Below are positions 25,429-32,928 of a stretch of 32,928 nucleotides of DNA, piece after piece. The stretch covers positions 1-32,928 of IMG/VR virus record IMGVR_UViG_3300036778_000033, one strand, 5' to 3'. A program made the translations under genes and the position numbers. Source of the stretch: a virus (Duplodnaviria; Caudoviricetes). The stretch's first letter is position 1; the number at the start of each line of letters is the position of its first letter. The notes under the pieces were generated by a model. It saw nothing but the letters and a program-made list of their open reading frames with translations. It was not told where the DNA came from and searched no databases.

Positions 25429-25534
25429 GTTTGTAACCTCTTATCAGTAATCATAAAAGTGGGCGCTGTTTGGCCTGTAGATTGGGCTATGAACCCGTTA
25501 CAGACCAGCACCCATTTTTATGATTACTAAGAAC

Positions 25535-25550
25535 TGGGACCGTAGTCCCA
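25535..25550. repeat. sopC-like palindrome (best copy)
   Basis: TGGGACCGTAGTCCCA, 1 mismatch to F sopC TGGGACCGTGGTCCCA; intergenic. Confidence 0.72.
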
Positions 25551-25592
25551 GTGGTGATTGGTGAGTATTGAGACGTGGTCCCAATGGTGGAT

Positions 25593-27182
25593 TTAGAGGA
25601 TTGCGGAAACTGCCTGCGCCAGCCTGATGCCGCGATAAGCGTGGCCTGCGTCGTTCGGATGCACGTTATCTGCGCCAGTGTATAGCGCACAGTTTTTGGA
25701 ATTAATCCAATCATCAACATCAATAAACGGGATGCTGAACGTATCGCACAACTCAATTTCTGTGGCTCTCACTGCCGAGATTTGGTCAGTTGCGCCTTGA
25801 GGTGTTGCAGGACCGATACAAATGATTTTCGCTTGCGGACATAGCTCTTTCACTTTTGCCACTGATGCCGAGAATTGTGTTTTGATAACATCGAGACGCC
25901 CGATGGCCGCATCGTTATAACCCAACGAGAAAAACACGTAATCAGGCTGACGAGTGATGGCGCTTAACTTCGTCTCAATGCGCTGTTCAGGTACGCGTCC
26001 CTCCTGGACTGATGTCCATCCTGAACCACCAATTCCATCTGCTAGCGCATCAAAACCAAGAGCATCACACATCACTTTGGAGTCGTTATAACTCCCCTGT
26101 GATGCACCTGTGCCGAACGTGTAACTATCACCGATTATGAGTGCCAGCGGACGGCGATACCCATCTGGAGCCCACACGGCATAATTAAGAGCAACGATCA
26201 CACCACCGAATGCAGTATTCACGCCACGCAGTTCGTAATGCCGGATTGCAGACTCACCACCCCAATCAACGGTATAAATGTACGCCCCGCCTGATGTGTC
26301 CGTTTTTACTGGTTCAGACGACACGCGCTGGCTATTAACGTATAAGTCGCAGGCGGTATTTACGCCTACCAGCCGAATATCGATTTGCGGAGAGTCACTC
26401 ATAAATTCGATGACCATTTGCGTACCGTTCTGCACGCCGTTCCCGCGATAGCCGGAGCTGATATCTTTGGGGCTGTAGCCTGTGTATAAAAAAGCGGTTT
26501 CATCAGTTCGGTTGAACTGCGTTCCTGCATAAATCGATGAACCAACGCCCCCATTCATGGTGACGTTAAACCGTGCATTCGATCCGCCACCACCTGAAAC
26601 TGAAACAGGGTTCGTCGGGTTGGTTACATAGACACCAGGCGTTCTGGATACGGCGGCAGTAATAACACCACCAGACCCCACGCCCGTTACGCGAATAACA
26701 CCCGGAAATGATGTAGTCCCACCTTCAACAACAATCTGATCGCCGACAGCATAGCCAGTGCCACCGGAGACAATCGCAACACTGACGATCCCCGCACCTT
26801 TGGTTAACGTGACCTGTGGCGGGTTATCCATTACGGGGATGACTGAAAGCTGAGGAGCTTGTCGAAGTGCCGGTGTAACAGTCGATCCACCTTCGCTGTC
26901 GTCACTTTCATCAGGGAACAGATAATCATCCAAAGAGCCTGAACCGGAATCTTCAGTTACTGCGAAGTCTCCGAGTGCATATGTTGCCCCGTTATTAACC
27001 GTCGATACCCGATAACGGGCGACAGGAAGAACGATTGAGTATTCGCCCTTATCTGATGTTATGACTGTATACGTTTGCGGCTCTGACTCATCGAAACTGC
27101 GAGAAAGGCGCACGAACGTGATGGTGATCCCCGGAAGAATCTCACCTCCAGGTGCTTTTAAAATGCCTGATATTTTTGCCAT
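25593..27182 (-). CDS. Stf-like N-terminal domain fused to an SGNH/GDSL hydrolase (putative virion esterase)
   Basis: N-terminus KISGILKAPGG...GEYSIVL...VTEDSGSGSLDDYL resembles lambda Stf; C-terminus has IGDSY, GGSG, GYND and DNVHP blocks. Confidence 0.85.
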   Translation of the reverse strand: MAKISGILKAPGGEILPGITITFVRLSRSFDESEPQTYTVITSDKGEYSIVLPVARYRVSTVNNGATYALGDFAVTEDSGSGSLDDYLFPDESDDSEGGSTVTPALRQAPQLSVIPVMDNPPQVTLTKGAGIVSVAIVSGGTGYAVGDQIVVEGGTTSFPGVIRVTGVGSGGVITAAVSRTPGVYVTNPTNPVSVSGGGGSNARFNVTMNGGVGSSIYAGTQFNRTDETAFLYTGYSPKDISSGYRGNGVQNGTQMVIEFMSDSPQIDIRLVGVNTACDLYVNSQRVSSEPVKTDTSGGAYIYTVDWGGESAIRHYELRGVNTAFGGVIVALNYAVWAPDGYRRPLALIIGDSYTFGTGASQGSYNDSKVMCDALGFDALADGIGGSGWTSVQEGRVPEQRIETKLSAITRQPDYVFFSLGYNDAAIGRLDVIKTQFSASVAKVKELCPQAKIICIGPATPQGATDQISAVRATEIELCDTFSIPFIDVDDWINSKNCALYTGADNVHPNDAGHAYRGIRLAQAVSAIL

Positions 27183-27204
27183 AAGGACCTGTTATTTTGT
27201 TTGC

Positions 27205-27220
27205 CGGGACCGTGATCCCA
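27205..27220. repeat. sopC-like palindrome
   Basis: CGGGACCGTGATCCCA, 2 mismatches; intergenic. Confidence 0.65.
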
Positions 27221-27233
27221 ACAGGCTGAATAG

Positions 27234-27551
27234 TTAGCGCGGTAGTAGGGCCGATTTTTCTGCTGTGAGTGTTTCAGGTGTGAATATTTTCATGCGCATT
27301 TTGTATGCGTAGTGATATTCAGCGCAGGCTCCTGCCGATGCGCGCCAGTCCGGCAGCATCAAAATGGCATCACTTGCTCTGAGCATTGCAAAGCAAATAT
27401 CCATATATTCTTTTTGCTCTAACCCATCCGGCAAAATCGCGGGATTCAGCACTACATGTCCGTTGCTCGTTAGCTGTCGCGCTGCTCGATGAAAAGCCGG
27501 ACGGTTAAAATCATCAACAAGGCTCATCGGCCCAGCGATATAAATTTTCAT
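27234..27551 (-). CDS. DUF4406-like protein (nucleoside deoxyribosyltransferase-like fold)
   Basis: MKIYIAGPMS...FNRPAF...VLNPAILP...YMDICFAML...SAGACAE motifs. Confidence 0.85.
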   Translation of the reverse strand: MKIYIAGPMSLVDDFNRPAFHRAARQLTSNGHVVLNPAILPDGLEQKEYMDICFAMLRASDAILMLPDWRASAGACAEYHYAYKMRMKIFTPETLTAEKSALLPR

Positions 27552-27769
27552 TTTTCCTCCTTTATACAGCGACGCGACCAGCTTTCATTGTTTGTCAGTA
27601 TTGTGCGTTTGACGGGCTGGCTGAGAGCATCTACTTCTGCTTTCGTCATGCGGATCGGTGAGTACCAATCGCAGCTGGTATCAACGACCCGAACTATCAC
27701 GCCCCCAGTGCTCGAGCAGCTGCTGATCAACAGCAGCATCAGACAAAGCGCTAGTTTCTTGCTGAACAT
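27548..27769 (-). CDS. Outer-membrane spanin (Rz1-like lipoprotein, 73 aa)
   Basis: MFSKKLALCLMLLLISS-CSST lipoprotein signal, VVDTSCDWYSPI motif; overlaps the i-spanin gene; GGAGG RBS. Confidence 0.82.
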   Translation of the reverse strand: MFSKKLALCLMLLLISSCSSTGGVIVRVVDTSCDWYSPIRMTKAEVDALSQPVKRTILTNNESWSRRCIKEEK

Positions 27770-27968
27770 TGCGGGCATCCTCCACAGCATTAATTCGTGC
27801 GTCGGCCTCGCCTTTTGCCGCTGCTGCATTTTCAGTGGCCACACGCGTTTCATTCTTTGCCGATTGCACCTGACCCTGTGCCTTTTTATAGCCACTTGAC
27901 CGACCTGCAAAGAAAACAGCCCCGGCAAATGCCAGGGCTGCGGCGAGATACGCGAGTAAATCTGTCAT
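27681..27968 (-). CDS. Inner-membrane spanin (Rz-like)
   Basis: N-terminal TM helix, Ala-rich coiled coil, C-terminal LSDAAVDQQLLEHW. Confidence 0.8.
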   Translation of the reverse strand: MTDLLAYLAAALAFAGAVFFAGRSSGYKKAQGQVQSAKNETRVATENAAAAKGEADARINAVEDARNVQQETSALSDAAVDQQLLEHWGRDSSGR

Positions 27969-28375
27969 ACCTGTAACTTATCGCCAGACTGATCGATAAA
28001 TCGACCAATCAGACCGAACACAGGAATGATTGCCGCAATGGATTCCGTGATTTGTTGTGGCAATGCTGCGATAACGTCTGCGGGCATCTCATACCAAATC
28101 ATCGGGATCGCACCGGCAAAAAACAGCGCCCACACTGAGAACCAACTCTTTGAATCACCGATATTGCTCAGTGACAATTTGCCCTCTTTGAACAAACGAG
28201 CAACGATACCGCATACCGCTACTGCCGCAGTAATCCAGACCAAAGAACTCGATGGCAATGCTGCTTTCCATTGCTCAGGAATTTGCCCCCAAATAATCGG
28301 GATTGCTGCCAGAATGACCAGGGTGTGAACAGACAGCCAGGTCCAGCCCTCTTTCCAGTTATCGATTAATTTCAC
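27965..28375 (-). CDS. Internally duplicated membrane protein (holin-like) after the endolysin
   Basis: Two repeats of W-(L/F)-SV...AIPxIW..P....ALP...G...R; about four TM segments. Confidence 0.72.
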   Translation of the reverse strand: MKLIDNWKEGWTWLSVHTLVILAAIPIIWGQIPEQWKAALPSSSLVWITAAVAVCGIVARLFKEGKLSLSNIGDSKSWFSVWALFFAGAIPMIWYEMPADVIAALPQQITESIAAIIPVFGLIGRFIDQSGDKLQV

Positions 28376-29013
28376 TATTTCTCCTTATTCAGTGCGTCTT
28401 TTGCTTTCTTGTAGCGATTGCGACGATCTGCGAGACCGTTGCTACCCCCGTTAATAATCCGCGTTACCGCACCCACGTTATCGGTGTGTTTAAGACACCC
28501 TTTTGACGCAAAAAACCAGGCGGCTGAACGGGCGGCGTATTCGTCCTGTTCCAGCAACTGGGGACACAGGACCAGATCGATTTTCAGCGCCTTGCCGCAG
28601 GCAAGGTAATTTGAAAGGCCAGTAATCTGTGGAAGCCCACGACCACGATATTTCCAGCCATCACCAGGGCTGCGGTTGCCCAGGTACTCCAGACCCCATG
28701 CCCCGCCGTAGACCAGATTTGCAATCGCTTCCTGATTCGCTGGCTGATGATCTGTCCGTCCCAGCGCGCTTGCTTGTTGCTGAGTGATGCGGTGCTTTCC
28801 AAATTGAGGCACAAGCGCTGCTGCGCTGTAGTTGAGGCTTTCTCTCAACCGTTCAAAACTCATTGACTCATGCCCGATTTGTGCAATAAACATGGCCTGG
28901 TCGAGTGGGGCGGTAATGTTAAATTCGCTCAGGGCCGCGTGAATGTGCGGATACCAGCGCGCAGCAAGGCTGGCGCTGATGCCAGCCGCCATCTGGAATT
29001 GTTTTTGGTTCAT
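28375..29013 (-). CDS. Endolysin, glycoside hydrolase family 19
   Basis: FIAQIGHES, ESLNYS, GDGWKYRGRGLPQITGLSNY and TRIINGGSNGLADR motifs. Confidence 0.95.
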   Translation of the reverse strand: MNQKQFQMAAGISASLAARWYPHIHAALSEFNITAPLDQAMFIAQIGHESMSFERLRESLNYSAAALVPQFGKHRITQQQASALGRTDHQPANQEAIANLVYGGAWGLEYLGNRSPGDGWKYRGRGLPQITGLSNYLACGKALKIDLVLCPQLLEQDEYAARSAAWFFASKGCLKHTDNVGAVTRIINGGSNGLADRRNRYKKAKDALNKEK

Positions 29014-29028
29014 GGATTCCCTATAAGA

Positions 29029-29337
29029 TTATTTATGCTGGGCCTTTTCCTGACTCCGGGATGGATCAAGGAAGTGTGCGACGTTTCCCCGTGCGTTATG
29101 CACAGCAATCGCGACAGAAATTAAAAGAAGGGTCTGAGGCCATCGGGTATCATTTATTGCACCACCAATTATCATGATCGCAATAGAACCAGATGCTCCC
29201 ATCATTAATGTCGCTATGAACTGAATCCCCGCTTTAAATCGTGAACCTTTGCGCTCATACGTCAGCAGGCGAAAAAAAATATAGATGCTGGCGATGAGGT
29301 TCAGGCCCAGTAGAAATTTTTCGATTGTCATCTCCAC
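29029..29337 (-). CDS. Holin-family membrane protein (3 TM)
   Basis: RLLTYERKGSRFK and ARGNVAHF motifs; directly upstream of the endolysin. Confidence 0.78.
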   Translation of the reverse strand: MEMTIEKFLLGLNLIASIYIFFRLLTYERKGSRFKAGIQFIATLMMGASGSIAIMIIGGAINDTRWPQTLLLISVAIAVHNARGNVAHFLDPSRSQEKAQHK

Positions 29338-29711
29338 CTCGTTAACAACTTGTTTATCGCTGCTTTCATCGCCTGCTTCATTGCGTCCGTAATCTCTCCT
29401 GGCAAATCTATCAGCATCTTTACTACTATCGCGCTCGCGGTCAGCGCACCAACAGGACGCTTTACGGTTACGCTTAATGGCGTTAATGCAGTCATCATGT
29501 CTGCGACAAACTGAGCGGCAAGTATCCCGGCTGCAAACGACGCAAAGAACAGCAGGCTTTTTGTCAGTTTTTTGAAGTCCTTATCCGTCATCACAAAAAT
29601 GATTGAGCCGATGAACGCGCCGAGAATTACGCCTGTATCGGTATCACTCCATAAACCAACAGATGCCCCGCCGCCTAACGCCAGGCCACTAATCAATGCA
29701 TTGCTCGCCAT
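29328..29711 (-). CDS. Putative holin/antiholin membrane protein
   Basis: DTGVILGAFIGSIIFV and FFASFAAGIL motifs; first gene of the lysis cassette; GGAG RBS before ATG 29711. Confidence 0.78.
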   Translation of the reverse strand: MASNALISGLALGGGASVGLWSDTDTGVILGAFIGSIIFVMTDKDFKKLTKSLLFFASFAAGILAAQFVADMMTALTPLSVTVKRPVGALTASAIVVKMLIDLPGEITDAMKQAMKAAINKLLTRWR

Positions 29712-29751
29712 TACTTCTCCGTTGTTCACCTCAGCGGCAAACGCCGGGAAC

Positions 29752-29773
29752 AAAAAAGCCCCTTTCGGGGCTT
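29752..29773 (-). terminator. Intrinsic terminator ahead of the lysis cassette
   Basis: AAGCCCCGAAAGGGGCTTTTTT on the minus strand. Confidence 0.8.
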
Positions 29774-29819
29774 GCGTGTCTTTATGTTGTAAAGCTATGG
29801 TTGACTTTACATTGTATTG

Positions 29820-30893
29820 CTATTGTCTTTCTTTTATTTCTTCAACTGTCTGCATAAATCTTTCTTCGTTCATCTCAACGCCAATCGCCTCACATCCAAA
29901 CTCAAGCGCTTCTTTTATCGTTGAGCCTGAGCCCATAAAGAAATCAGCAACGACCATTCCTGGTCGGCAACTACTCCTAATGATATGCCTCATTAGAGCG
30001 GCGGGTTTTTCACAGGGATGCTTTCCGGGGTAATACTGAACGGGAGGAAATCCCCATACATCTGTATAAGGAACATCAGCGGTTACGCTGAATGGACGGC
30101 GAAGGTTTTGGTACTGGGCTTTTAAGTCATCATATCGTGCCTTGATAACTTCATATTCCTGCCGCCGCTCATCATAGTTTTCAGCGCAGATTTTATACTC
30201 AAGGTTAAACGGCTCCGGGCAAGGAATCCCCTGCTCAGCAGCTCGTTCACTGAATAAAGTCTGCAACTTTGCGAAGTCTTCTGCTGACGGTAAGCGCCAC
30301 TGTGAGTACGAGAACCAGTGCGAGCACATTTGCTTTCCGGTTACGCCGTTAATATCTGCTGCGGACACTCCCAGCGTCCTTCTTGCCGAAGCAAACAATT
30401 CAATGATCGGGGCGAATATATCTCGATGTAGGTCGGCGCATTTCGATGCATAGCCACTATTACCCTTTGCATACCCATCAGCACCATAATGTTCCGCAAA
30501 GATGATCCTCTCCGTTGCCGGGAAAAACGAACGTAAGCCTTCTTTATGTTGACGCTTCCACATACCACTCGGCTTTGCCCAAATTATGTGGCTCAGCACA
30601 TTGAAACGGCTGCGAGTCAGAATTTCGATGTCAGATGCCAGTCGGGAGCCGGTGAACATATAAAGACTTCCGTTAGGCTTCAATACTCGCCAAAACTCTG
30701 TCAGAAACTCATCAATCCATGCGAGAAACTCAGCATCACTTTCCCACTGATTATCCCATACTGCCTGCTTTACACCAAAATACGGAGGGTCAGTAGCAAT
30801 AAGGTCGATTGAGTTGTCAGGGAGTGTTTTGATGTACTGGAGGGAGTCCGCGCAAACAAGCTGCGCATTATTTATTTTAACTTGATTAACCAT
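29820..30893 (-). CDS. DNA amino-methyltransferase (N6-A/N4-C, beta class)
   Basis: TDPPY catalytic motif precedes HPCEKP and DFFMGSGST (SAM binding). Confidence 0.93.
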   Translation of the reverse strand: MVNQVKINNAQLVCADSLQYIKTLPDNSIDLIATDPPYFGVKQAVWDNQWESDAEFLAWIDEFLTEFWRVLKPNGSLYMFTGSRLASDIEILTRSRFNVLSHIIWAKPSGMWKRQHKEGLRSFFPATERIIFAEHYGADGYAKGNSGYASKCADLHRDIFAPIIELFASARRTLGVSAADINGVTGKQMCSHWFSYSQWRLPSAEDFAKLQTLFSERAAEQGIPCPEPFNLEYKICAENYDERRQEYEVIKARYDDLKAQYQNLRRPFSVTADVPYTDVWGFPPVQYYPGKHPCEKPAALMRHIIRSSCRPGMVVADFFMGSGSTIKEALEFGCEAIGVEMNEERFMQTVEEIKERQ

Positions 30894-31027
30894 TTCCTGA
30901 TTGAGTTGCCTGGTTTAAACTCACCGGGCGATGCGCATTCGCGGGTGGGCTTGGGTTCAGCCTATATCCTCTATGGGTTGACCGCCGGTGGAGCTGCAAC
31001 TTCATCGGCCCCACTTTTTTCAGGCAC

Positions 31028-31096
31028 AAAAAAACCGCCTTTCGGCGGTAGACTTTGCGGTTGACATAAAAACGCCAACTTAACGAAATCATACCA
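31028..31096 (-). promoter_or_regulatory. Candidate late promoter with short terminated leader (pR'/tR'-like)
   Basis: Extended -10 TGG-TATGAT (31096-31088), followed within about 40-60 nt by terminator ACCGCCGAAAGGCGGTTTTTTT (31049-31028), upstream of the methylase-lysis-head-tail genes. Confidence 0.55.
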
Positions 31097-31156
31097 AATA
31101 AAGGGTTTGCCTACCACCTTTATTTTTCCATGGTTTTTATTGCCCTTATTTGTCTG

Positions 31157-31381
31157 TCAGTACATGCACTCCTGGGCGTCACTTAGTGTATCCATGACGG
31201 TGTTTAACTGTGTTACAACTTGCTCTTTATAAAGCGCGCCTTCTGCTGACTCGATAAGAAAGCGAGTGATTAACAATAAGTCACGCGCCCTGTCGAGCTT
31301 ATCTTCAATTTTATCTACCTCCATTTTTCCAACCCCCTTGCTATGCGCTGCTTCATTTGCTGAATAAAATGCCGATGCCAT
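31157..31381 (-). CDS. SOS-controlled small protein, candidate antirepressor (AntC/Tum-like role)
   Basis: 74 aa, GGAG RBS, LexA box 33 bp upstream. Function inferred by analogy to N15 antC and 186 tum. Confidence 0.65.
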   Translation of the reverse strand: MASAFYSANEAAHSKGVGKMEVDKIEDKLDRARDLLLITRFLIESAEGALYKEQVVTQLNTVMDTLSDAQECMY

Positions 31382-31414
31382 TCTGGTTCTCCAAAGTAAA
31401 CGTTATAAAATGTA

Positions 31415-31430
31415 CTGTATATAAATACAG
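31415..31430. promoter_or_regulatory. LexA (SOS) box
   Basis: TA-CTGTATATAAATACAG-TT, near-consensus CTG-N10-CAG. Confidence 0.92.
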
Positions 31431-31529
31431 TTAAATTTACCTTATTTCCAGACGATTCTTGCAACAAAAGGAAGGCTTTTGTAATCAATTTATTTTTAGT
31501 GAAATCTTTATTAAAATTAATAACACTTA

Positions 31530-31889
31530 TTATTTAATCTTAACAAGGAGGTCCGAGGGTCCAGTAAGACGCCAGCATCCTGGCTCCTTCTCGAAGTTGC
31601 AATCAACAGCTGGCAGCTGCTTGCCACATTTTTGGCACGTTTGCTTGTTGAGTGTATTAATTTTCCTCATTAGTTGCCTGTGGCTTTGGATGATAAGCAA
31701 CGCGATCATTTCATTGCGTGAGTATGGCTGCTTTCCGGGTCTTCTCAGCGTACATAACTCATCGAGCATTCTGTTTTCATTCGGCTCTAGAATAAATTCA
31801 CTCTTATTTTGATTGCTGGCCTTAACTCTATCCCGCCGAGCCTGTTGCCGTTCTGCCGCTGTCTTAGCCACCACTCCCTCCATATACAT
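31530..31889 (-). CDS. Hypothetical protein with basic N-terminus and Cys cluster
   Basis: AKTAAERQQARRDR...RRPGKQPYSRNE...CQKCGKQLP; true start may be the GTG near 31871. Confidence 0.7.
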   Translation of the reverse strand: MYMEGVVAKTAAERQQARRDRVKASNQNKSEFILEPNENRMLDELCTLRRPGKQPYSRNEMIALLIIQSHRQLMRKINTLNKQTCQKCGKQLPAVDCNFEKEPGCWRLTGPSDLLVKIK

Positions 31890-32676
31890 TCGCCATTTTC
31901 ACTCCTAAGCGAATATCATCAAACTTTATATCGCCTGAAATCTTGCTATGCCTGAACGCTACCGCGAGAAACTCAAAGCACTGAGCGTCTGTCCATTCTG
32001 GAGCATTCTCCATCAATGGATTCATTACTTCTTCGACCTGCATCGCATAGCCGTGACGCGTCACGTTATGCAAAACATTATAAACCGCAAATAATTCCGT
32101 GCGCTCATCACCCACTTCCAAATCACTTGCGAGCCGATGGACTTCTGAGGCAAGAGCGCGGAGGCTTGCGAATGATTCGTCCTTGCTCAGTAGCAACGAC
32201 TGACGCTCTGGATACTGTCCATCGGAAGCTGTAACCGCTGCTTTCCGGTATTGCTCCAGCTCTGCGCGGTCATTGCTGATGAAAGCAGGAGGTAGACCCA
32301 GCGGTGGTTTCCACCGTTCACCACCGTTCCAGGTAAATCCGTGGTGTTCGAGCGTTGCTACTGCTGCTTTGAATTGTGGTTCTGCGTCGGTTAGTGGCTG
32401 CGGGGCGGCGTAGAGCATCATCTGACGGCGTGGGTCAGCAAATTTATTGGCATCACCACTAATAGCGAACAGATAGCCACTGCCGCCATTCATTACATCA
32501 CGCAGCTCGTCGGCATCAGTCCACGCCACCGGCTCCTGCTCCAACCCGGCAAGCAGCTGTTTCAGCGCAGCCAGAACTTTCGCGTCGTGTTCATCCAGGC
32601 CGAACGGGATGTCATCACGCGCGGTTTCCATTTCATCGATGGTCTGCTGTAGCCATTGCTTAGTTATTGTGGTCAC
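31864..32676 (-). CDS. Ea/Ead-type mosaic accessory phage protein
   Basis: MTTITKQWLQQTI...DDIPFGL...EPVAW...LYAAPQP modules typical of lambdoid EaA-like proteins. Confidence 0.7.
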   Translation of the reverse strand: MTTITKQWLQQTIDEMETARDDIPFGLDEHDAKVLAALKQLLAGLEQEPVAWTDADELRDVMNGGSGYLFAISGDANKFADPRRQMMLYAAPQPLTDAEPQFKAAVATLEHHGFTWNGGERWKPPLGLPPAFISNDRAELEQYRKAAVTASDGQYPERQSLLLSKDESFASLRALASEVHRLASDLEVGDERTELFAVYNVLHNVTRHGYAMQVEEVMNPLMENAPEWTDAQCFEFLAVAFRHSKISGDIKFDDIRLGVKMANVYGGSGG

Positions 32677-32918
32677 TGCGGCACCCCTCCCGACACGCGA
32701 GCTTCAATCATGCCCCATACAACCTCATGCTCAGGCCAGTCGCTTTCGACGACAACACACGCCAGTTCATCTTTTCCGCGCTGCTTACGAACCTTTTTAA
32801 CGGCCAGGGATGCATTATCTAAAGCATCAAGCGTCTCCGTTCCAAGTAAACCAGCGTTGAGCGCCGCCTCTATATCAGCAACCTTTAAAACAAAATAACG
32901 GCTTTCTCTTTTCATCAC
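32673..32918 (-). CDS. Hypothetical phage protein (81 aa)
   Basis: GGAGG RBS; RESRYFVLK and CVVVESDWPEHEVVWGMIEAR; GTGA overlap with the next gene. Confidence 0.75.
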   Translation of the reverse strand: MMKRESRYFVLKVADIEAALNAGLLGTETLDALDNASLAVKKVRKQRGKDELACVVVESDWPEHEVVWGMIEARVSGGVPQ

Positions 32919-32928
32919 TCACCTCCCT

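Noticed and set aside
30886-31092. 68-aa minus-strand ORF upstream of the methylase
   Set aside because: Starts in the predicted -10 element and crosses a terminator; more likely an untranslated leader.
1-32928. CRISPR array, tRNA, IS element, integrase, protelomerase or large secreted toxin
   Set aside because: None recognisable in this window; protelomerase and replication genes are expected at the unseen end.

Overview
About 33 kb from one end of a linear-plasmid (N15/phiKO2-type 'telomere') prophage, probably from an enterobacterial host. Base 1 falls at the centre of a protelomerase target palindrome (CGCGCGTATAATGG, the N15 telRL core), so the window most likely starts at a hairpin telomere. 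Moving inward: an antisense-RNA-controlled anti-immunity locus (C4/CA-type RNA, icd), a lipoprotein, an atypical short ParA with two small partner genes, two small leftward genes and a Gp49/HigB-HTH toxin-antitoxin pair. The minus-strand late region then has a P2-like contractile tail joined to a lambda-like head and terminase module, a lambda-type cos (predicted end GGGCGTTAGACC), two extra genes (a degenerate P-loop protein and an Stf-N/SGNH esterase fusion), a lysis cassette with three membrane proteins, a GH19 endolysin and spanins, a DNA methyltransferase and a LexA-boxed small gene. Main oddities: an N15-type telomere on a myovirus-type virion; five dispersed, each imperfect, F/N15 sopC-like palindromes with no SopB in the window; a ParA lacking its signature lysine, with a second candidate palindrome family; and the misplaced tail-fibre-esterase. 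Protelomerase, replication and repressor genes are not in the window. All family assignments come from recognising motifs and gene order, not from database searches.
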